Of a stretch of DNA of 53,795 nucleotides, positions 1 to 14,300 are shown piece by piece. Each line of letters starts with the position of its first letter. Within the stretch, counting starts at the first letter, position 1. The stretch is from Lama guanicoe (taxonomy: Eukaryota), in the NCBI GenBank assembly GCA_013239625.1, contig MU053810.1, positions 6,978,122 to 7,031,916 of the forward strand, read 5' to 3'. A program made the position numbers and the translations under genes. Under the pieces are notes generated by a model. The model saw nothing but the letters and a program-made list of their open reading frames with translations. It was not told the DNA's origin and did no database searches.

Positions 1-329
1 CAGGGAGCTGGGGGAAGGGTAGGTGGGAACTTTCTGTATTATCTTTGCTAATCTTCTGAAGGTCCAAAAGTATTTCAAAATAGTTCAAATAAATTAGTTA
101 TAAAGAAACTAAATTTCTTTGAAAAGATAAATAAGGGAGACTCGAATTAAAGAGAAAATATGCATATAAACAAAATAGGCAAACAATACACAGAAAAACA
201 GATACAAAGGAATGTTTGTAAAACTGGTATTATGACTGATTATTCTGTAACAAACATAAAGAACTAGAGGAAATCAATAAAAAGGATAAATTGATACAAA
301 ATGTAAAATGCCAAATTTGTCCCAAGAGG

Positions 330-2890
330 GAATGTGAAATTTGAATATAACCATAAGCATAAAAAAATTTTAAATCATTCATTTGCCAGAAAAACTTCAG
401 GCCTTCATACATGATTTTGTATACGAATTCTAGCAAATTTTTAAGGAATAGTTCTCTTATTTTCACAAGTTCCTAAAACCAAAAAAGAACTAAAACCATC
501 CAATTTATTTTACATGGTTTTGCTTCCAAACCACATAAAAACAATATTAAAAAAAAAGCAGTCGCATTTTAACTATGCATATAAGTCTAAGAATCCTAAT
601 CAAAATATCAGCTAAGCAAATATTAAAATATATTAAAATAATTACACATCATGATCCACTGGAGTATATCTCAAGAATAAAAGTATGTTTCAATATTAGA
701 AATATATCAGTGAAATTCACAGCTTAGTAGGAGAAATGAGAAAAAATTATATGATTGTTTTAACCAATATAAAAATGCACTTTACAAAGTTCCAACACCT
801 AACTTTTTTTTAATGGTAAACTAGAAATAGAAGGAAATTCTTAACTTAATAAAACCTGCCTCTATCAACCCTATACTTAAAGGAAAAACTTAAAAGATGT
901 TCCCTTTAAATCAAAAATGTTTACTGTCACAGATGCCATTTAACACTTACTAAAAGTCACAACTAATTCTATAAGGAAAAAAGTGAGATGTAAAGATCAG
1001 AAGAGAAGCAATTAAACTGTTATTATTTGTAGATGACATGATCACTTATCTAGCAGTAAAATCAACAAATATGAGAACAATAAGAAAATTCAGCAAAGTT
1101 GTTAGATACCAGATAGCGTTTCTCTATACCAACAATCTCCAACAAAAAGTCAGCACTAAAAATATACCATTTAAAATAGTAACAGAACTTATAAATTCTC
1201 TAGTAATTAAGAGTACACATGATGGGGGAGGGTATAGCTCAGTGGTAGAGTGCATGTTTAGCCTGCCTGAGGTCCTTGGTTCAATCCCCAGTACTTCCAT
1301 TAAAATAAATAAATAAATAAACAAACAAGCAAACAAACCTGCTTACCTCACCCCAAAACAAAAGCAGAACAAAAAATGAATAAATAAAATATTTGTTTAA
1401 ATACACATAGAATACACATTTAAAAAAATAATTTAAATAAAATAAGTAAATCAAGAATACATGAAACTTACAGAGAAATTTTGTAACTCTAATGAAGGAC
1501 AAAATAGATCTGAATAAATGGAGAGACATTTTATGTTCTGAAAGGTAATAATTTTACTGTTTTAAAAATGTCAGTTCTCATCAAATGGAGCTATAAATGT
1601 AATGCAGAATCAATCAAAATTCTGTACAGATTTTTTAGAAATTTGATACCATACTTTAAGTAGAAAAATAAGAGTCAGCTGTGAAAAGGGGAAAGAGGTA
1701 GGCTTTCCCCAAGCAAATATTGAGACATATTACCCAACCACAGCAATAAAACATTATAGTGTTGACAGGAGAACAAACATGGGAAGTGGTTGAACAAAAT
1801 AGAGAGCTCTGAGACATACATGTGCATGTAAGGCCCTTATATGTAAAATAAAGGAGGATAGTGTTGGGAACCTGGCTCACTAAATGTAACTGGATCCCTA
1901 CTCAATACCATGTATAAAAGTGAATACACAGCCTGTGAAAGGTACAACTTTAAAGATAGTAGTCGATTTAAGAGAATGTTTTTGTGGGAAGGCATTGAGA
2001 GTTCCTACATGAAACCCAAAAGCATAAACTGTAAGGCCAAATTTTGATTAAGTAAATAACATCAGAAAGTTTTAAAAATTCTGCTCAAGGGAAAATATTA
2101 TGGGCAAAGTTACCTGAAAGCTGACAGTTTGGGTGATACTACAGTTCTAAAATTGACAAGGAAACAGTACCTAGAATACAACAGGATCTCTTCCAGTACA
2201 ACAGAAATACAGGAATCATAATAGGAAATGGGCAAAAGCTATGAACAAGCAGTTTACAAAAAAAGTAAGCCCAACAGGCTTACAAGCACATGAAGAGATG
2301 CTTAATAAGCTCATTAGTAGCCAGAGAAATGCAAATTAAAGCAATAGTGAGATACCACTTTACAGTCATTAAACTGGCAAAAAATTAGAAAGCTATGTAG
2401 TGCCAAGTGTTGGCAGGGATGTGAGGCCATAGGAGCCCATACGCCGTGCTGGTGTGTGTGTGTAGACTGATGCAGCCTGTCTTGAGAACAATCTTGCAAT
2501 ATTTTGTAAAATCATATTTAGCTCTCCCTGTGACCCAGAAATCCTGCATTTTGGTTTATCTTTCAAAGATATTCTCATGCAGGTCTATAAAGGGGCATTT
2601 AAGCTAACCACAGTGTTATTGTAATGGCAGGGTAGTGAAGACAATTTGGGTATTTATCCCTAGAACTGGACATTTTCCACACACTATGCAGCATTAGAAT
2701 ATTACATAGTAGTAGAGAAATGGACTGGTTGTACGAGTAGCAGCAGAAAGATTTTTAAAACAGATTTCTATAAATAAAAAGCAGAATCATGAGATATATA
2801 GCAATTATTTCATTAAAAGAATTTGCACACAAATAGCACATGAACAAAAGAGCATACTTCATAGTTGCTAATGGGGTGGGATCAAGAAGA
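330..2890 (+). mobile_element. Old, degraded LINE-1 (ORF2 to 3' end fragments)
   Basis: A-rich sense strand with L1 ORF2 remnants such as ttatttgtagatgacatgat (LFxDDM, RT motif) and gaaatgcaaattaaagcaatagtgagatacca. Confidence 0.85.
1224..1450 (+). mobile_element. tRNA-derived SINE, camelid Vic-1 type, with long A-rich tail, inserted in an old L1
   Basis: GGGGAGGGTATAGCTCAGTGGTAGAG (A box), GGTTCAATCCCC (B box), (TAAA)n tail, degraded TSD aagagtacacatga / aagaatacatga. Confidence 0.88.
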
Positions 2891-5479
2891 GACTTTTTAC
2901 AGGGGACAAAAAGCAATTTCCTTTTTGTTACCATCTAACTGTAAAATACTCTAGAATCATGTTTCAGTCATCTTTGGGTAACTTCCTTACTTGGGTCCTC
3001 TCGTCCTCAGAAAACATTGCTCAGAAAAACATTTCTCATTTAGCTCAAACCCATAACTACAAAAAGTACAGGAGAACCAAGAACACAGTCTGATTCCCCT
3101 CTAGAAAATCTAGAAGAATTTGACAACAGTCAGTCTTAGGGCAAGGAAATGTTCTCCCCCACACTACTTTGCAACTGACATGTGGAGAGAAGCTTGCCAA
3201 AAACTTTACATAGTGACAAATGTCTTCCATCTGTCTGGCTTCTTGTTCTTGGAAGGCTTTTTGGCAATCAAGTCACAACTTCCTTGGGAAGGTCTATATA
3301 TTTTGTGTGGAGAAAATAACTCAAATTTGATTTTAAAAAAAGAGAACCAATAAATATAAAAGTAAGGTCAATCAGGAGGGACATCTGTTCTCCATCCACA
3401 AGTATACAGTCTTTCTATTTTGGGGCTCCTGAAGGTGATACTTTCAAAGTCAAGTGCAACACATCTCTAAAAGTGTGCAAGTTTAGAGTTCAATAACAAA
3501 TGATTATACCCCTAAAAAATATATTTTGAGCCTGCTGCTTTTGCAGAAGTCACTGACTAATGTCTCATTTTATGGTTTTCCTTCACTGGAATAATTTTGA
3601 GCTACATTCTCTTTCAATTTTAAATGACAAGATGACAGTTTATTTTATCAAACACATCTACAGTCTTCCTCATATCACCTCTCTGAATATGACCATTTCT
3701 AAATGGAGTGACACAACCCTCGTCAGGGAACCCAGTACAAGAAGTCACCTATTTTGACTCATTTTATTCAAGTAACAATTCTATAAAGGAGGAAGTACTT
3801 TTCTTATTTTCCAAATAAAGAAAATAAGGTTCAGAAAACATATAATACGTTCAAAGCCATACCTTAATTGCTAGGAAATAAAAAATAAGAACAAAATATA
3901 TCCTGTCAGAGAAAATTAATGTCTATTGTGAACACTAATCTGTCTTACAATATATAATAATGATTTTATACCTTGAGTTTCCTGGTGATTTCATTAAACA
4001 AGTCATTTATATTAGTGCTTGGCTACAATATCTAAGTGAAAAATACTCTTTTTTGTTAGTAATTTTTTTAAATCATTAAATTTCTCTTTTTTTCTGTTGG
4101 TTCTTATACATATAGCTCTTCAAATCAAATTACCATCTGATAATCAGCACAGTTTTTTATTTTAAATGACTTTTTTCTCAATCCTAATATTCTATACAGA
4201 AGGTACAAGTCAGACATTTCTTGTAACTTTTCAAAGATACATAGCTTGTGTCAAGGAATTCTTCTGATTTAGAAATAATAAAAGCAGATAAGGCTATAAA
4301 GTAAATTTAAAATGTTCCCATTGGAATTTAAAATAAAGAGCTTTGTTAGATACCCAAGATATGAACTAAATTTAGGGTTTTCTTGTATGCTTTACACCCT
4401 GTATTTTACATTTTCATTTAGCAGGTGCTCATTAAGTGTCTGACATTATACAATACACTCTTAAAATATCCTCACTGAAACTGTTATGTGACTGGTATTA
4501 ATCTACCTAATTTATATCACAACTATATATGGCCAATATCATTCTCCCTAAATAATAGTTGAGAAATTTGGGACACAAAAAGGTGAAACGGTGTACCTAA
4601 GGACACACAGCTAATATGTTGATCACCACATCACCCAAATCTGGGAGACAGTTGTGTTTCCTCAGGGGTGCCCTATCCACAATAGACGATCAGCATGGTA
4701 ATAACTTAAAAAAAAATTAATATGATGTCCATATCTTAGGTGTAATGGTAAGAAGACCTAAGTTTGAGTTCTTGTTCAAGTTGGTGAGTTGAGCATATGT
4801 TTCTCTACCTTGTCCCTTCACATCCAACCACAGTGGTAGTGAATAAATACAAGAAGGAATGAGAAGTAGTTGACCAGAGATTTGACATAATTCTCTATGA
4901 TCATACTGATGGTAAGCCAGAGTGGTGGAGCTAAGTCCAGGACATGCTCAGGAGAAGGCTGGAACAGAAGTGAACAATGCTTTTTAAGCAAAGTTTCTAG
5001 AAGGATTTTAGGCTCAAAGTCAGTATGTATCAAGAGTGGAAGTAGAAGATGAGGCAGACATTAAGGTGATGAATTGAAGGATTTTTTTTCTTCTAAGCAG
5101 TTATACAAGTTGGCACATCCTCTGCATTCAATGATGACACTTATTCCCAAGCTAAAAACCAAGACCCAGTCTGTAAAGAGACTGAAATAAATGCCTGGAA
5201 AGAACTAAAACTTTTAAATGGTTATTAGTTCTCCCAGAGTAAAGGTCTAGAGTGAGCCAGAGATTGCCAACTGCCTTCTCAGAGTGAATGAAGCCTGACA
5301 GTGGGGGGGGGGGGGAGGGGCACTGAGGAACTAGGCCTTTACATCTGCCACAAGAATCCACTCCCTGTAGCTGTACACAGTAACCTAGCCCTTCTGACAT
5401 AAAACTGATGACTAACAAGGGTCGGATTTGAGATGAACTGGCAGCATAAAGGAGAACTGCTATGAACAAGGGAAATAAC

Positions 5480-6975
5480 TGAACCTGAAACAAGGAGCAA
5501 TAATTTAGGGAACAGAAGACAATTTCATAGACATTTTAACTAATATTCTCAAAGAGATTTGAGAAAATGAACATATAATTATGAAAAAGAAACAATCAGA
5601 GCAAGAAAGAGTTCATGGAAAGTAAAAGAGATTTCCAAATGAAAACTAATTTAATTTTTCAAAAAGGTAGGAAAAACAAAAATAAAGATAAAAAGAAAAA
5701 GAGATGGAAAATGAGAGAAAAGTTAAGATATACAGACATCAATCCAGAAAGTCACATATCTAACTGTAGGAGTTCCAGAAAGAGAAAATGGATAGGCCAA
5801 AACAGTTTTAAGCCATCATATAAGGAAATTACTGAGTGGAAAAGTCTAAAAGAGCCAATTAATTGACGAGGTTGATAAATTTTAAAAAATCACACATAAG
5901 CACATCATCATGAATATTCAAAACCCCAAAGAAAAAGAAAAGATCTTAAAAGTTTCCATGAGGAGAAAAGATTAGCTACAAAGGTATAATAAGTCAGGTT
6001 AACACTAAATTATTCACTAGCAACAATGAGTGCTAAAAACAATATAACAATATCTTTATATAATTCTGAGGGCAGAATGACTTTGAACCTATAATTCTGT
6101 ATTCAGACAAATAATCAATCATGCATGAAGACAAAGACTTTTTTAGCCATGGGGAGATGTAGCAATTTTACCTTACACAGAATCTTTCTAAAAAAATATT
6201 TGAAATTGTGATCAGGGGTGGGAAAAAAAAATTCTAGAAATAAAGAGGACCAGCAACCAACACACAGTTGGATCCAAAATTTCAATAATTTGAAAATATT
6301 TCTATGATAGTTATGCTGCTGAAGGCCTAAAGCAATTTGTACAAATTTTGAGATTCCAAGAATATCTTCAAAAAAAAAAAAAGTACATTTTCTTTAGCAA
6401 ACAATGATTGATTAAGAAGTTGGATAATCTTAGAAATAAGAAAACATGGTTTCTTTTTGTTTCTTTCACATGAAAAAGAAATTAGCAACTGCATGAGGGG
6501 GAAATATGTAAAAGGTCTTGATGCAGACATGCACAAACCAAAGGTAACATTGTTCTGAGCAATGAATCTAAAAAACAGGAAAGATAATCCATTGGTCCCT
6601 GAAACCTGGAACATTCTGAAAATGGCATAGATTCAGATATTCAGATTTTAATTCTTAGAAGCAACTTACTGACAAAGGACAGAAGTGGGTTTTGTTTTTT
6701 CATTTTTTTGTTTTTTGTTTTTTCTTTTTTTACTGTATTGACAGACTGTAAACATTACCATCTTTAATTATCTAAAAATATTGGAATAGGGGTAACAGGG
6801 TAAAGAAAGAAAAGTAAAGGACAGAAGATACCATTTAAAATGTATGGGTATAAAAATCAAGGTAACCAATAGAAAAATTTTAAATATTATTAATAATACA
6901 GTGGCTAGAGTAGAGAAAGGAAACAGGAAATATAAAGAAGCTAAATTCCACATCTGTCATATAAGAGAAGCTAAT
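5480..6975 (+). mobile_element. Old LINE-1 fragment, ORF1-like region
   Basis: A-rich, with L1 ORF1-like remnants (gcacatcatcatgaa...aaagatcttaaaagtttcc, aattctgagggcagaatgactttgaacctataattctgtattcag). Confidence 0.65.
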
Positions 6976-9563
6976 GATGATTTTATTTCCTAAAACTTAT
7001 AATCCCAAGTTTCCACTTATGATGCTCTTCATTGGAGATGCACCCCTGCCTATACTTTGTTTCCTATGGTGCAAAGTCTGCCTCCTCCAAATCATGTCCA
7101 AATGTTTGCAGTGTCTCCTCTGGCTCTTCCAATCTCACTTCTGTATCCTGTGCCCCTAACTGGCAGTTTCTGAGCAGCCCCTGACCTGACATCTGAGCCC
7201 TCACCATAAGAGGCAACAAAGTGTGTCAGGAAATGCCAGATGCCAAGACCTGCCAGCCACCAGCTTGAGAGAGGTCCAACCTGCAGAATGTCATCCCAGG
7301 CACGCCGGTGAGGAAAGCAGTGCTTTGCCCATGAGTTTGCCTGCAGTGCCTCTGCCCTTAGTCTCCTGCTGTCTGTGCCCAGAAAGGTTTTCCCTGTACA
7401 GATCTCAGCTGGGGAGCAGAAAAAGCACCCAGCTGATTTATGCAAGAAATTCTAGATTTTCAGTCTGCACTTCCCTCACCTCTCAACTGTTCCACTTTAT
7501 TCATTCACATTCAAGAATGGGGCAACTATAATTAGCTTATTCTTTGATTAAAATCTCATTAGAGAATTTGGAAAACCCAAGCTCCCAGAGCTAAGGGATG
7601 CAATGGGCAGGAAGGAGGAAAGAAAAATGGAAAATAAAGAAAATAAAAATACATCCACAATCTACATATTACTACAGGCTAGGAATTTTTAAAGCACTTA
7701 ACATGTTTCTGTATTTTAAGCATTTATTGAACACCTTCTGTATACTTTACTTATCTTCTTTGTCAGTCCCCCTCTGGCTACATTCTAGTAACATTGACTT
7801 CCTTTCTGCTCTTAGAGCATTTGAAGCTCATTCCTATCTCAAGGGCTTTGCTCTTGCTGCTCCCTATCTCAAGGATGATTGCCTAAGCTTGTTTCTTTCT
7901 TGTCTGTCTCCTTCTCCTCCTTCATTTAACTCAGTCAGCATTTTAAGGAAGTCTTCCCTAACTGCCATATTTACTGCAGCCCACCTTAACTCTCAGCCAT
8001 TCTTTACCATATTATCTTATTTATTTCCTTACAGCATTCATTTCTACCAAGAATTACTATATTTTGCTTGTCATCTATGTCCCCCACTCAAAAAATCCAT
8101 GAGGACAGGGATTTTTTGTCTGTCTTTTTTACTGTTATATTCTCAATACCTATACCCCTAGCCTGGCACATGTTACATACCCCGTTTTTTAAAAAGGAAT
8201 AACACATTCCAGACATTATGCCAAAGTCTTTACATATATAAGATCATTTACTCTTTACATTGTGCTCTATGCCCTTTACAAATAAAGAAATTCAGCCACA
8301 GAGGGAAGTAAATAATGTGCCTAGTATTACACAGGAAGTAAAGTGGAAGTTCATAGATTTAAATCTAGGTTTATAGTCCCCAAACCCTTCTTCTTAGGCA
8401 CTATTCCATACTTCCTGAAATATGCAGGCAATTTCTAGAGGCAGTGAATATGACAGGTCATGAAATGTGGTCCTTGTCCTTGAAGGACATGTACAACTAG
8501 TTGAGGAAACAGGATGTTTACATAGAGAAACAAATTGTAACAAGAGGCAGCTGTTCTCATGATAGTCCCTGTTTTAAAGGTGAGAAATCAAAATATAACC
8601 CAAAATAAAATGAGGGAGAAACAGCATGCAGCTCAGTGGCTCGCCACTCCAGTGCTCTTCCCTGTGATCTCCTTGCCCTCATAACCTGCTAGTCATTCTG
8701 CCTCTGCCAAGGGTCATACACGACACTGGAATGCTTCGGGACCCAGAATGGCCTGCAGCCAAACGTTCTGAATGACTAAAACTGAAGTTGCAAAGCATTT
8801 ACAACTTTCAATTCTTACTCTTAAAATCTTGTAAAAGGAACTAATTGTATGTATTTCAACCTTATCAAATAGTGTTTACTTTTTCCCAAGTTTGCTTCTA
8901 GATTATAAAGAGTTTTGTTTTTGATATAGACTTCTGAAACTATCCTTACATCATCTCATTCCCAGGGTCTGGAGAGGACCTAGGAACTTATCAGCAGGCT
9001 TTTTAGGTGATCCTGATACCCAGTCAAGTTTGGGGTCAGTGAATAATGAACATAACTTAAACTTTTACTTGATGACCCAGGGTCTCTCTGTACCTGTTAT
9101 TTAACTACACATTCACTACAGCTATAGCTTGTGCAGGTGATGGTCACCACTTCCCTGGGTCTCAACTTCCTCACCTATAAAAGTAAAAATAAATTGGATT
9201 ACATGATCTCTAAAATCCTTTTTACCGCTAAAATTCTAATTCTTCAAAAAGGAGCTTCCCCATGACATTTACTAGAATATTGTTTATTTAAAGAATGCCC
9301 CAATTGTTATTTGCCTCTTTCTCAAAAAAAAAAGGGGGGGAAAGACAAATACATTTCTAAATAACTGTCAGAGGGCCGATTATGAGGGCTTTCCCTCAAA
9401 ACTAATTATTAAATCAATACCTAAAGCAGCTAGCTCAAAAGTTTGCCTTATCCAGAAAAATAATAATCTTCATCCTTCTTTTCATGGGCCTTGGACTCAT
9501 CCTTCAACATTCCCAGCATTGTCTCTCATTTCCCTGTGGTCAGCACAGTGTACAGCAGCCTGC

Positions 9564-12500
9564 TCCTCATTCCTTGCCCCTGCAGCTCACGTATATTACA
9601 TATTTATGGGAAGAAGTAGTCATGTATCAGTTTGTGCTAAGGTAATTTGCACTGTGAAGCCTAAACATTCTTTTCCATCATGTGGTCATTATTATTTTTA
9701 AAGATTTTCTCTGCCTTAGGATTCTAGAAATTACTAATGTTAAAAACTGTCTTTAAACATGTTAAAGCCTTAAGTAATATTTATGTAACATGTCATTTTA
9801 ATAATTATTTTTCCTAGGAAACTCCATTTATAATACACTCAAACTCTGAACAACTTCTAGTCAAATCAGTAAGGTCAAAGTGGCAAACAGAGCATCTTAA
9901 AAATATGTATTGTAATGTACTAATATTCCTTTAATAGGGTAAGCTCTGCATCAGCCTGATTATATAGCTTTGACTTCCTGAAATAAAGCTCTGAAATGCA
10001 TGCACAGTCAACCTGTTTTTATGATGATTAAACCTTTAGGAGCTTGATTCCTCACTACTTACTGAAAAGAATAATTCAGTTTCATCAGAACTATGAGAGT
10101 ACTCTGTGGGAAACAGAGCTTCATGAAAAAGTAAAACACTATTCCACAGCATCATAGATTGCTAATTGTTTTTCATCAGTTCATTCATCTATCTCCATTT
10201 TCCCCACTCTTAATTTTTCCCTCTCTCCTCTCTTTGCCCTCCAGAGATTCATGCATACACATATACACATTTTCTTTTCAGAATGCATCCTTTAATGGGA
10301 AATCTTAAATATAATACATTTAGCTATACAAGCAGTAAAACCATGCCTACCAATAAATTCTGCAAGTAATTTGGCCAGATGTTCTTTTTGAGCCCTAATG
10401 ATATGTAAATGTGAATTAATATTCCTTTGATCTATCAAAATTTTCCGCTTCTCACTCTTGTCTGACTTCATGTATGCAGTGATCTTACATTCCAGACAAA
10501 TAGAAATGTGATCTGGCAAACTCATACACACACAGAAATACATGTAGAACCCTTGAAATAAGGATAGCCATAGAATAGCATTTTTATATATGTTCCCTCT
10601 ACACCAGCAGCCTTCAACCAGAGGCATTTTTATCCCCTAGGTGATACTTGGCAATGTTTGTAGACATTTTTGATTGTCACACTGGGCGGGGAGGTTGCTA
10701 CTGGCATCTAGTTGGTGAAAGTCAGGAGTGCTGATAAATGTCTTACAATAAACAAGACATCCCCTACAACCGGGGATTATCTGGCCCAAATTTCAGTAGT
10801 TCTGAGGTTAAGAACCCCTACTCTACACAGTGGTCTGGGGCATCAAATAAGGGGAAAACTAAACTCTGCATTCCATTCCAGGCAGCTGTCAAGAAAAGAA
10901 AAAAAAAAGAAAACAAAAGAAAAGAAAACAAAAGAAAAGAAAAAAAAAGACAAGACCACACTTCCACAATTCCATTTAAATCTCTTTAACCAAAACTAGT
11001 TACATGGCTATACCACACAGCTTTTACTTCCACCCTGAAACCTCTAAGCACTTTAGAATGGAAAGACAGATCTGTTTCCTCTATTTTTAGTTTATAAGTG
11101 GTCTTTTATCCTCACTGTCCTGGACTTTTCCCCACAGCATGAGTGAAATGCTTTGCCAGATGGTGTGGGAAAGATTTTGATAATCATTACCTCACCTATT
11201 CTGAAAATAAAAGTTTCTGCAGCTTCTGGCCCAGTGTTTTGTATATTTCACATGTATTAAAAAGAAAGTGTGGTTATAGGTTCTAGCATAGCTTGTGTTT
11301 TTTAACAAAATTATTCATGAAGACCAATAGCAATCTAATTTATATACAGCAGTAAGGTGTAGGTCTAGATTTTTTTTTGTTTGTTTCTATATATGCATAT
11401 TTTGCTGCATCTTGAAAACTTATAGATGATAATAGAACTTTATAGCTCCAGAGACCATGGAATATGATTTCCCATTTTCTAATATCACAGGTCATCAAAT
11501 AGAAGATGCCATTAATTTTAAGATGCACTATTATTACATTGCATACCACTAAAAGAAAATGTATGCCAATTGGAAATGATGTACCCTCAGTCATAAGACA
11601 TATCTCAATTTGAGAGACATCAAAATGTGGAAAAGGTATATGTTAGAATTGATAAAATAGATTATTCTGTATTACCTTTTCCTATTTCTCAGAGAAAAGC
11701 CATGTGTCATGTTATTCTATAAAAATCCTTCCACAATAATGTAATAAGGTATGCACATTGGACAAAACACATAGTGAGAAAAGTAGGTTAAGGAAGTAAG
11801 CCAAAATTGTATATAATTCTAAGTTTCCTTTAGGTTATAGGTGCACTGGTGGACAAGTTTTTTTTAATCCTATGTTGTCTTTTTTTATCCTCATTCCTTG
11901 CCCCTGCAGCTCACGTATATTACATATTTATGGGAAGAAGTAGTCATGTATCAGTTTGTGCTAAGGTAATTTGCACTGTGAAGCCTAAACATTCTTTTCC
12001 ATCATGTGGTCATTATTATTTTTAAAGATTTTCTCTGCCTTAGGATTCTAGAAATTACTAATGTTAAAAACTGTCTTTAAACATGTTAAAGCCTTAAGTA
12101 ATATTTATGTAACATGTCATTTTAATAATTATTTTTCCTAGGAAACTCCATTTATAATACACTCAAACTCTGAACAACTTCTAGTCAAATCAGTAAGGTC
12201 AAAGTGGCAAACAGAGCATCTTAAAAATATGTATTGTAATGTACTAATATTCCTTTAATAGGGTAAGCATGCATCAGCCGATTATATAGCTTTGACTTCC
12301 TGAAATAAAGCTCTGAAATGCATGCACAGTCAACCTGTTTTTATGATGATTAAACCTTTAGGAGCTTGATTCCTCACTACTTACTGAAAAGAATAATTCA
12401 GTTTCATCAGAACTATGAGAGTACTCTGTGGGAAACAGAGCTTCATGAAAAAGTAAAACACTATTCCACAGCATCATAGATTGCTAATTGTTTTTCATCA

Positions 12501-14209
12501 GTTCATTCATCTCCATTTTCCCATCCCCACTCTTAATTTTTCCCTCTCTCCTCTCTTTGCCCTCCAGAGATTCATGCATACACATATACACATTTTCTTT
12601 TCAGAATGCATCCTTTAATGGGAAATCTTAAATATAATACATTTAGCTATACAAGCAGTAAAACCATGCCTACCAATAAATTCTGCAAGTAATTTGGCCA
12701 GATGTTCTTTTTGAGCCCTAATGATATGTAAATGTGAATTAATATTCCTTTGATCTATCAAAATTTTCCGCTTCTCACTCTTGTCTGACTTCATGTATGC
12801 AGTGATCTTACATTCCAGACAAATAGAAATGTGATCTGGCAAACTCATACACACACAGAAATACATGTAGAACCCTTGAAATAAGGATAGCCATAGAATA
12901 GCATTTTTATATATGTTCCCTCTACACCAGCAGCCTTCAACCAGAGGCATTTTTATCCCCTAGGTGATACTTGGCAATGTTTGTAGACATTTTTGATTGT
13001 CACACTGGGCGGGGAGGTTGCTACTGGCATCTAGTTGGTGAAAGTCAGGAGTGCTGATAAATGTCTTACAATAAACAAGACATCCCCTACAACCGGGGAT
13101 TATCTGGCCCAAATTTCAGTAGTTCTGAGGTTAAGAACCCCTACTCTACACAGTGGTCTGGGGCATCAAATAAGGGGAAAACTAAACTCTGCATTCCATT
13201 CCAGGCAGCTGTCAAGAAAAGAAAAAAAAAAGAAAACAAAAGAAAAGAAAACAAAAGAAAAGAAAAAAAAAGACAAGACCACACTTCCACAATTCCATTT
13301 AAATCTCTTTAACCAAAACTAGTTACATGGCTATACCACACAGCTTTTACTTCCACCCTGAAACCTCTAAGCACTTTAGAATGGAAAGACAGATCTGTTT
13401 CCTCTATTTTTAGTTTATAAGTGGTCTTTTATCCTCACTGTCCTGGACTTTTCCCCACAGCATGAGTGAAATGCTTTGCCAGATGGTGTGGGAAAGATTT
13501 TGATAATCATTACCTCACCTATTCTGAAAATAAAAGTTTCTGCAGCTTCTGGCCCAGTGTTTTATATATTTCACATGTATTAAAAAGAAAGTGTGGTTAT
13601 AGGTTCTAGCATAGCTTGTGTTTTTTAACAAAATTATTCATGAAGACCAATAGCAATCTAATTTATATACAGCAGTAAGGTGTAGGTCTAGATTTTTTTT
13701 TGTTTGTTTCTATATATGCATATTTTGCTGCATCTTGAAAACTTATAGATGATAATAGAACTTTATAGCTCCAGAGACCATGGAATATGATTTCCCATTT
13801 TCTAATATCACAGGTCATCAAATAGAAGATGCCATTAATTTTAAGATGCACTATTATTACATTGCATACCACTAAAAGAAAATGTATGCCAATTGGAAAT
13901 GATGTACCCTCAGTCATAAGACATATCTCAATTTGAGAGACATCAAAATGTGGAAAAGGTATATCTTAGAATTGATAAAATAGATTATTCTGTATTACCT
14001 TTTCCTATTTCTCAGAGAAAAGCCATGTGTCATGTTATTCTATAAAAATCCTTCCACAATAATGTAATAAGGTATGCACATTGGACAAAACACATAGTGA
14101 GAAAAGTAGGTTAAGGAAGTAAGCCAAAATTGTATATAATTCTAAGTTTCCTTTAGGTTATAGGTGCACTGGTGGACAAGTTTTTTTTAATCCTATGTTG
14201 TCTTTTTTT
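9564..14209. repeat. Near-identical direct tandem duplication, unit ~2323 bp (9564-11886 and 11888-14209)
   Basis: Identical ORF-track entries at an offset of 2323. Manual comparison shows only a few substitutions and small indels. Confidence 0.97.
10606..10820. mobile_element. MER20-like hAT-Charlie DNA transposon (second copy at 12929-13143 via the duplication)
   Basis: ttggcaatgtttgtagacatttttgattgtcac...tgctactggcatctagt...attatctggcccaaa...gaggttaagaaccc matches the MER20 consensus as I recall it. Confidence 0.8.
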
Positions 14210-14300
14210 TTTTTTTTTCCTTTTTTAAACTGATGTACAGTCAGTTTATAATGTTGTGTCAATTTCTGGTGTACAGCACAATGCTTCAGTCATACATGAA
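14203..14300 (-). mobile_element. Short LINE-1 3'-end fragment with poly(A) tail (T run on +)
   Basis: cagtcagtttataatgttgtgtcaatttctggtgtacagca is the reverse complement of the L1 3' end seen at 19630-19670. Confidence 0.85.

Noticed and set aside
1226..1298. tRNA gene (also 15510-15582)
   Set aside because: A and B boxes are present, but both are followed by A-rich tails and TSD-like flanks and have divergent anticodon arms. They are SINEs.
7598..8161. 187-aa hydrophobic ORF
   Set aside because: It overlies a pyrimidine-rich L2-like remnant, antisense to the host gene, with no recognisable domain.
10292..13917. Duplicated ORF sets suggesting paralogous genes
   Set aside because: They are chance ORFs over MER20 and A-rich DNA, copied by the tandem duplication.
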